A stretch of DNA of 64,000 bases, from the NCBI GenBank assembly GCA_023213395.1, contig CM041465.1, positions 187,805,741 to 187,869,740 of the forward strand, written 5' to 3'. Both the position numbers and the translations under genes were made by a program. Of the stretch, positions 55,631-64,000 are shown one piece after another (position 1 is the first letter of the stretch; every line of letters starts with the position of its first letter). The notes below the pieces were generated by a model. The model was given only the letters and a program-made list of their open reading frames with translations. It was not told the DNA's origin and searched no databases. Source of the DNA: Cycas panzhihuaensis. Its lineage: Eukaryota; Plantae; Cycadophyta.

Positions 55631-56140
55631 ATTTAGTAAGTAGATTTTATTTCTGTAGAAAATCTATCTTGCAAATATCTCATCAATACATGATACCATA
55701 TGAAATTTTCATGATTTTTTATCACTAGAATCTTGATATATGAAAGCTGAGAGCATATAATGATGGATATTTTAAATGGCTCTAAATTCTTTAAAAAAAA
55801 ATAGCTAGAACCTCTCCTTACAAACATTCTTCTAAATGTTAGAAAATTTTTTACAGCATTTCCCCTTGTTAAATGGACAAAAAGAAGGGAAAGAAAAGAA
55901 GAATGAGATATATACAAATGGTTACCAAAGGATTAGAATCCTTAGGCCTTACAACTCTTTGTATTGTATTTTTAAACTTACAAAAGAGAAAGGAAAAGTA
56001 AACAATACTAAGTATGCTATGATAAAAATTTGAAAATATTTCTAAATCCACTTTCACAATCTCCTTCACCATATGGATTATGAGGGAGAAGGAAGTGATG
56101 GCTCCATTGCAAGTGTAAGTGAGAAATATGAAGGAAGCAA

Positions 56141-56152
56141 GCTCTGATACCA
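56141..56152 (-). promoter_or_regulatory. Primer-binding site (tRNA-iMet) of Copia B
   Basis: Exact TGGTATCAGAGC on minus, 2 nt from the LTR. Confidence 0.9.
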
Positions 56153-56623
56153 TATGAAATGAGTGGATCTATCCTTTATCTCCATGTACTATACACAAAA
56201 GTAAGCATGGGAGCAAGAGAGACTTGAGAGAAAAATACTAGCTCTCACAAAATGGGGAGGTAAGAATGAGCCTCCATCATTGAGCTTTTACTTTTATATT
56301 GCGATAAGAAGCATTAGAGTTAGGTGAAATAAAATTATATATAATGCACATAAAAGTACATTTCACTTGAGTGATCTAATTTAAAGTTCACTTAAGACCC
56401 TTCTAGGAATAATCAACTAATATAATAACCTTATAACATTAACTAGTTTCACTTAATAGGTTGAAAAGGCAAACTATATGCATATATGTTCATAATTATT
56501 TATAGTTTTTACGATTTTAAATCTATTTTTTGAAATCTTATTTTAATATTATTACTAACATGTGCTTATTTATTATTTGACCCATCATAATTATCTACCA
56601 GTTGCGGGGTCCGTGATAACTAT

Positions 56624-59600
56624 ATTATTATATGCTAATCTTTCTTGTCATAACCAAGAATGAAAATCACATGGCACTAACTTAGGAATAAAAAATATTA
56701 TGAAAATAAACCCTTTACTTCTCCTTTAAAAGTTAGGCCAAGAATAAACATAATATAGATTAGGTAAGACTTACATCACCATGTGTCCATAACTCAATAC
56801 ATGATTACAAATATTGATGACATTAAATTACTCATATAATCTATATTATTTTATAATTTACATATGGAATCTACACTACATTGACATATATAGTATGTAT
56901 TTTCTCTAACAAATTCTAATAAACATAATCCATTCTTTTTTTCTTCTATTAAACATCTTTGATTATGAGACTATTAAAATAAATTAGTGTGATGGATGAA
57001 GTGTATGATTGTCAATCCCCTAGAAGTTAGGAGTTGCTACAGTATGCTTCATGCCTAATAGTTTATGGATAATTCTCTTTCCATAATTAGAAGAGAACTT
57101 CATTTTATTACTACTTAAGTACTTCCTTTATTATTTTCACCACTCCCCCCAAATACTTCTTCATATCAATCCTTTCCATCACATATGGTTCCTTTGTAGG
57201 TCTAATTCTCATTTATATTAAATACATATCAGGACATACCTCCAATGGTATATTCATACATAAATGGACAAGAAAAGTTAACTAAGAACATATAGTTCCC
57301 ATGCATTCCCAATCAATCCATATAAGAGGTTATAAATATGTCTTCTAACACTTGATTTACCCTTTATATTTATATATCTATTTAGGGGTGGTAGGTGCTA
57401 AAGTTGAGCTTCATTTGAAGTATATCCATGATACTCTTCTAAACTTATGACATACACTTGGTGTTATAGTTAGATGATATAATTATTAGTATGCCACTAA
57501 GACATATGACTCTACCATAAAATAATTTATTATTTGATCAATTAAGTAAATCTTCTTTATAATAATGAACTGGCCTTAATGAGTTGACCTATAACTACCA
57601 TCACCATGTTATGTTATTAATTTAACTTTGATAGTCTTGCAATGAAACCCATTATAATAGCTTGCCACATCTAGTTGGGGATGCTTAAAGTGTAAGATTC
57701 TATTAAATTTTAATGCCTAAATTTCACCCTCTAATACTATAAAAATTATGCTACATACTGAGCTATGTCCTTTTTGATATCTAACTAGAAGTAATTATGT
57801 TAGATATTATAGGATATTTTCTAAGAGCATGGATATCTTATGACTAGTATATCACATGCATCATGCAGGATCCATTACTTGAGTTTTTTATTATTAAGAA
57901 CCTAAAATCTATAATGAATTATCTATAAGCCATCTTCTATTAACTTATTATTAACATACTACTTCTTATCTTTATATATTAAGCCTCTATTAGTACTTTG
58001 TTATCCACTTCTATGAATTCTCATTTTACCTTAACAAAGTAAGAATAATACTTGTGTTCTCTTTGGATCTCACTTAAAAAATCTAATAATACAACCAAAA
58101 TGCAGCTACATATCTTCATTGATTCAAATGATCAACAACCTCATTTCCCTTCATCTTAACATATGTGATGTCTAAGTTGTATTCACACAAAAGCTCATGA
58201 AATCCCCTTTGTCAAGCACTCAAGTTAGGTTATTAGAAGATATATTTAAAGTTATCATAGTGAATTTGTAGCTTAAAATAGGTACCAAATAAATAGTTGC
58301 TCTAAATCTTAAGTGCATATATGATAATAAACAACTCCAAATCATTAGTCAAGTAGCTTCTTTCATGGTCACTATTTTCTAAATTTTATAAACCATTGCA
58401 TGTCCATCCCATGTCAAAATGGGACCTATTCCCTCATGGCTAGAATCTATACATATCAAGTAATGTTAATAAGGATCATGTAAGTAAAGTATAAGTTCCA
58501 TCATTAATAATTCCTTGGAACACTTAAAACTATCCTCACATACTTATGTCCATATAAACTTATCACCTTTTTATTAGACTTACTATCTTAAACAAGTTTA
58601 TACAAACCACCTATAGTATGTTACTAAACCAAGAAATGAGCAAACCTTTCTAATGTTTTCTTGTATTGCCATTGTAATATGGAAAGAATCTTCTCTAAGT
58701 TAGTTATAACACCTCATTTAGATATGATATGGCCCAAATAATACACTTTCTTTACTAAAATTCACACTTATTAAGAATATCATAAAACTTATGTTCTCTC
58801 AATATCCATAGGACAATCCTCGAGTGTTTTAAATGTTCTTATTTAATCTTAGTATATATTAAGATGTTAATTAGAAAGACCAAAATGAACTTATTTAAGT
58901 ATTCCTCATATATACTATTCATAAGATATATAAATATTATTGAGACATTAACCATTGTACATAGGAGTATAAGAAATTCATAATACTCATATAATATCCT
59001 AAATGTAGACTTATTTATATCCTCCCCCTTAATATAACTATGGTAGTATCATGGCTTTATATAGATCTTTAAAAATATCATAGGCCTGTGAAGTTGATCA
59101 AACAATTCATCAATTCTTAGTAATAGGTATCAATTCGTAATCATGAGCTTATTTAGTTACTAGTAATCCACGCACAACATCAATGCATAATCATTCTTCT
59201 TGATAAATAATATGAGTACATCATATGGTAAGATAATTAAGCAAAGCATACCTTAGTTTAACATCTCCTACAACTGGATTCTTAACTTAGGTATGTCCTA
59301 GATTATAAATATGTAAGAGGCCTTAAAGCATGGCCCAATAGCTAGTATTAAATCAATTCCATGGTTAATGTCCCTCGTAGATGTTAACCTTATGAGTTGC
59401 CTAGGGTAAACATTATGAAGTCCTATAACTATGGATAGTTAACTATAATTAGCTTCTTCTCCTTCTTTTATGCTTCTTGTATAATGGTGACTAATACTAA
59501 GCATATTTTTCAAACATTTGGTTTTAACTCGATAACTAAGATTTGCATTACTTGACTACTTCCTTTTCTAGCTATATCTATTACTTGTTATCATTAATAA

Positions 59601-60100
59601 TAATTTATATCTCCTTCTTAATAAAATTTATTTTAGCCTTATGTCATGTTAGTCATTATCACGCTAAAATCATATCATAGAATCCTAGTTGTAGAATATA
59701 GAATTCTACCACTATTCTTATGTAACCTACTTTAAATGCTAACTCTTTGATAACTTCTTAAACCTCTCTTAAGATGTAATTATTCATTTTATGGTTTACT
59801 CAATATACCTTTCTAATTTCAACTACCTCTTCTAAGCAAGAATAAGAGAAAAAAGTTACGACTTTATACACTTCATTAAAATTAAGATGGGCTTCTAGAT
59901 GAGTTCACTTGGTATATTGATTAAGGCATCTTATCATTTTTCTTATTCTTGAAGCACACATTATGGGAGGGGAGGATAAACAACACAACTTGACCATAGA
60001 TCTAAATGGCAAAGGATGTCTAAGTTATGAAGGGCATAAATATATACCTCTTATAGGGCACCCATCCATCTTGTGGATGTAAGTGTAGGGATAAAAGGTG
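56624..60100 (-). mobile_element. Heavily decayed Ty3/Gypsy pol, Tekay/Del-like (3' end probably continues at ~33678-33826)
   Basis: Minus strand: QLNKLMITN*YLLLRIDELFDQL (RT, ~59090-59160) and YHP*IDI*I*RVNQVLED (integrase, ~57340-57395); PPT-like ggtggggagaaaa followed by TGTTATC at 33671-33690. Confidence 0.7.
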
Positions 60101-60194
60101 ATTATATTATAAGGTAGAAGGGGCAACTATAGGTCTATATGGCATGCCAAAAAGGAAAAAGGGAAATAACTCGAGAGAAAGCATAACAATATCT

Positions 60195-63100
60195 GTTAAT
60201 CAAAATAAGCAATGCAAACAAGTAGATAAGGAAGCAATGCATAAAATTAATAAAGAAAGTGAACTACTAGCTAACTAAAAGCATTGAAATAAATTAATCT
60301 AACTATCAACAAGTATTCTCAAAAGGACCACACAACACTCAAAACGTCCTTAGAGTGTGAGGAGGTCAATTGGGCACATGTACCCAAAATATAATTACTT
60401 CTATATGCCTGTCCTACACAACTAATCTCCCCAAAGACAAATTGACCTACCTTAATATTGACTCTTAAACAATCTTATATGTCAAACTTAATTTAGAAGA
60501 AGAAAAAAGGATGGACTAGAGCAAGAGTTCTGAAGGATTTAAGATCATAGAATGTATCTTATTATAGATAAGATGGTGGGGACTCATCAATACCAACGAA
60601 CCACCTTAACTCTAATGAACTTCCTACTTTATGAGGTGAATAAAAAAAGGTCAATACTTTCAATAGGACTAATGAGGCTCATTCATCTATTAACACCTAT
60701 GTGTTACCACATAGTAGAGATAGATATCCCTCACTAACTTGCTTAAAATATAGAGCAAAAGAACAACTTTACATAAAGGTACAAGCCCACCCCTCTCATT
60801 TGGTGGTGAAATTTTAGTAGAGAGAAAATAGACCCCCCTCTTTAGCAGAAGGAAGACCCTAATCCTAAATGAGACCAAAGAAGAACTTAATAAACTATCA
60901 TGCAGCTAGAATACTTTTTAAATTTATTAAAGATAATAAATAATCAAACCTAGAAATAAATTTATCAACCCCACATATTTAAGGACTCATAACAAGTGAA
61001 AATTCTCCACTTCATTATGGTCCTTGCAAAGTGCATTGAAATAAGTAAATAATGCAATGCAAAAAAAAGAAATGAAGTAAGTTCTTTTTCTTTTACTTTT
61101 ATTTGAATTACTTTTTATTATCTTTGAACTTGCAATTTAAGATATATGCATGAAAGAAAAAGAGAGAAACAAGTAAATATAATAAGCATACAGGTAATAA
61201 ATTATTTCTCTTTTCTTCTAAAAGAGATTTAAAACTTGAAATAAAATTAAAAGTTTTTTATTTTTATTTCTCTTTAAAGGATAAATGCTATAATGAAAGG
61301 TTCAAAGGAGTAAACATGATCTTAATAAATCTTTTCTTTTTATAAATTAGGTCTCTTATTTCTAAGGTTTAAAAATTCTTTTTAAAACAAGATTTGCCAA
61401 AGGATAACAAACTACATTAAGAGCATATGCTTATAAAGAAGAATTCTAAAGAAAATCTAGGAGCATTTCGACTTATCAGATTGACTTATAATAGAAAAAA
61501 GTTTTAAATGATTACCAAAATCACCAAACAAGAATTTAAAACATACTTAATGAAATCATACTCTCTAGTGCTACTGGAATAATTCATGTTACATTTAGTT
61601 TATGTAATTGGTACTTTGAATTTGGTGAGAAGAATGAAAGAAGGGTGTCATGACTCCAACTCTCGCTTAGATCCTAAGCTACATAAATTAGCCTTGTAAG
61701 TCTCTTCCACCTATATATTGGTGCATGCAAAAGAAAAATAAAAACTTTAAAATCCAATGTTGCTAAAGAAATTTACAAATTAAATTAAATAATATTCTAA
61801 AATTCTAAAGCCTTAGGGATAATAGGGTTAGCACCAAATCAGAGTTCAAACTATAATACCTAACTTTCTTTCACTTACAAGACACTCTTATATAGGAAAA
61901 GTAAAACATACAAGATGTAACAAGATAAAATCAAGCATGCAAGCACACAAAAGAGATTAATAAAAAACTAAATTAAACACAAAAAAGAATGGACTAAAAT
62001 ACAAATAGTGTAAGGAGGGTCTTGCCCTAATTCTTAGTCAATATGAGATGCTCTTAGCATGTAGCTATGATTCTAGGTGCATATAATATAATTTTCCTAT
62101 AATTCCTACTCCAATAGTAAAAGCCAAATAAAATAAGAGATCCTCCCATACACTAAGAAAGGGAATTTATAGAAATTTTAGTGACATAACACTATAGTTT
62201 TTTACGTCTCTCTCCATATAAAAATTAGAGATATTTATAAATATTATGGATTATTTAAGAAGTGGTATTGGGCTTATGCTTTAAATCAAACTATGGGAAA
62301 ATTGCCTATGGATGTGATCAAATTAGGAAAAATCATTAAAGATGGAGATATTGAGAAGAAGAAAGCAAATTTCCTTGAGATTTTTTACACTACCCAAGTT
62401 AGAAACATAATTAGGTGCATTTATTACGCTTTAAAATATCCATTTTTCCCTTTCTATTCATAGATTATCATCCCATAAAGTTCACTAAAGACAAAATAGA
62501 CTATGAGATAGACATATTTCAACATGGGATAGTCTAAAATCAAGGCTAGTTAGGAATAGATTATAATGAGATAGGAGAAAATACATACAAAACTAACTAT
62601 TTTGATAATAAAATGCCCAAAACAGTAAGAGAAGTAAGTAATCACTATAGATGGGGGCAAAAACAAGGGCAAGAAGTATCCATAAAGGTACTAGAAATCA
62701 TTTTCTATAATTTATTGAGATTAGGTGAATAACACTTTTAGCCCACTAACCATGGTCAAACTTGTCACAAGCTAATATCACATACATCCATTCACCAAAA
62801 ATAACAAGAAAATGTTGGTACATACTCATAAAAGAACTAAAACTAAACTAAGTTGAAATGAAAAATAAGAATCACACACCTTTACTTACCTATTGGTGTA
62901 AGATGAGTGTGGACTTCCTAGATTATGGGAAATATTTACCTCTTTAACAATATAACCTCTTCAAACATGGATTATAAGATGGTAGATATTGTCAATAATG
63001 CCCTATATAAACTATTTATATGCTTGTGAAAGTGATAGGGAAAGTAATTTATTATTATTTAACCTCTTTAATAGGTGTTCAAAGAATGTTACCCTTAGCT

Positions 63101-64000
63101 TACCTCATCGACAAGAACTTCATAGGTGTGTTGAATAGGGTAGAGATTGGGTCTCATGTCTAATCAAACTATGATGAGCTTGATAGCCATGATAAAACCT
63201 AGATGAACACAAATGTTTCACCATATTTTATCTTCTTTAGTAACTACTTTTTAGAGTAATCTTGGGCACATAAGTAGTTACCTTAATGGCCAATTAAGTT
63301 AGGCTCAAAAGTGAAGAGTTTTTTAGGCTTAAAATCTAAGGGTTACCATCTTAGTTTAGTCTCTTTAACAAGTGCCCTTTGGAGGAGGAGTTATTTGAGC
63401 TCATCTTAGAGTTGAGTTTGTTACTATAGTTTAAGCTATTTAGTGAGTACCCCTTAAAGGTGGGATTTTTTAGTTCAACTTAGTACCAAAAAAATATTTT
63501 GATTATTTTTTAGATTTCTAATTTTTTAAACATTATTGTACTTTATGAATTTTTTAGGGGGTTTTTTATTTTATTTATAATTTTTTAAATTAAACTTTTG
63601 AAAGTGAATATACTAGGAAAGTAAATAAAATGAAAGTAGTATTGTAAGGGAGAAACTAATTTAAGGATGACACTAGGAGATTTCCCCTTTTAGAAAGTCA
63701 TAATAGAGTTAGCATTTACACATTTACAAGGTAATTTTCACTCATGCTAGAACATCAAGTAGTTTACCCTTATTTTAAAGATTTAGATTCCAATTTAAAC
63801 TTGTAGTAGAGCTTCATATAGTTTACCCTTATTTTAAAGAAGTCATATAGATTGATAAGGAAACTAGCACATAGGTTTAGTTTCATTGATAGACTTAGAA
63901 GCCTTGAGGAGAAATGATCACATGTAGTAAGCATCGCTCAAGAATAAAGCCAATAATTTAATCTATCTCAGTATTTTATTATCATGAAATATGTTAAATT
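60195..64000. mobile_element. Unresolved LTR-like debris with an Athila/Tat-like integrase remnant (~62200-63000, +)
   Basis: Only weak motifs: AYGCDQIRKN (resembling CDRCQRxGN) and YGKYLPL (resembling YGKxCHLP). Duplicated tagtttacccttattttaaaga at 63760 and 63819. Confidence 0.35.

Larger units (their letters stand above)
48873..56451 (-). mobile_element. Copia B: full-length decayed Ty1/Copia with ~2-kb 5' leader
   Basis: 297-bp LTRs 48873-49169 and 56155-56451 (TGAAA...TTTCA); perfect TSD cttaa 48868-48872 and 56452-56456; perfect PBS 56141-56152; PPT 49170-49180. Confidence 0.95.
33832..56618 (-). mobile_element. Old Ty3/Gypsy chromovirus (Reina-like), gag-protease only, hosting a LINE and two Copias
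   Basis: 3' LTR 33832-34187; 5' LTR split into 43451-43646 + 56464-56618; PBS remnant ending at 43448; PPT 34188-34199 with the TTGAGGAxAA end motif; protease motifs LGSTHYFID and DVVLGVEW at 34680-34915; decayed TSD gccac/actat. Confidence 0.8.

Noticed and set aside
1-64000. Short ORFs in the track as host genes
   Set aside because: They are fragments of gag-pol or LINE ORFs, antisense shadows of them, or low-complexity AT-rich ORFs. I found no credible exon, though a tiny exon cannot be excluded.

Overview
AT-rich, CpG-depleted plant (probably gymnosperm-like, by inference) intergenic or intronic heterochromatin made almost entirely of decayed retroelements. I find no host gene, RNA gene or prokaryotic feature. 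Resolved elements: (1) a Tork/Tnt1-like Copia (210-5103, -) inside an older Tat-type Gypsy carrying an archaeal-type RNase H; (2) a CRM-like chromovirus with a C-terminal chromodomain (6103-12547, +); (3) a Copia (15570-22327, +) inserted antisense into an older internally deleted relative (14598-23353, -); (4) degraded Gypsy debris (23354-29270); (5) a non-autonomous LTR element whose left LTR has both a PBS and a PPT next to it (29879-32295); (6) a deep nest. In that nest a Tekay-like Gypsy hosts a gag-pro-only chromovirus (33832-56618), which hosts a full-length RNase H-bearing L1 LINE (36309-42831) and, in its 5' LTR, Copia A. Copia B sits 2 nt from the end of the 5' LTR of Copia A. Most junctions have readable target-site duplications (TSDs) and all recognisable PBSs are tRNA-iMet type. 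All ORFs are pseudogenised, mostly by C>T/G>A transitions that include many non-CpG sites. I see no convincing novel biological system. The most interesting signals are the exact nesting order, the RIP-like mutation spectrum and some unusual domain architectures.
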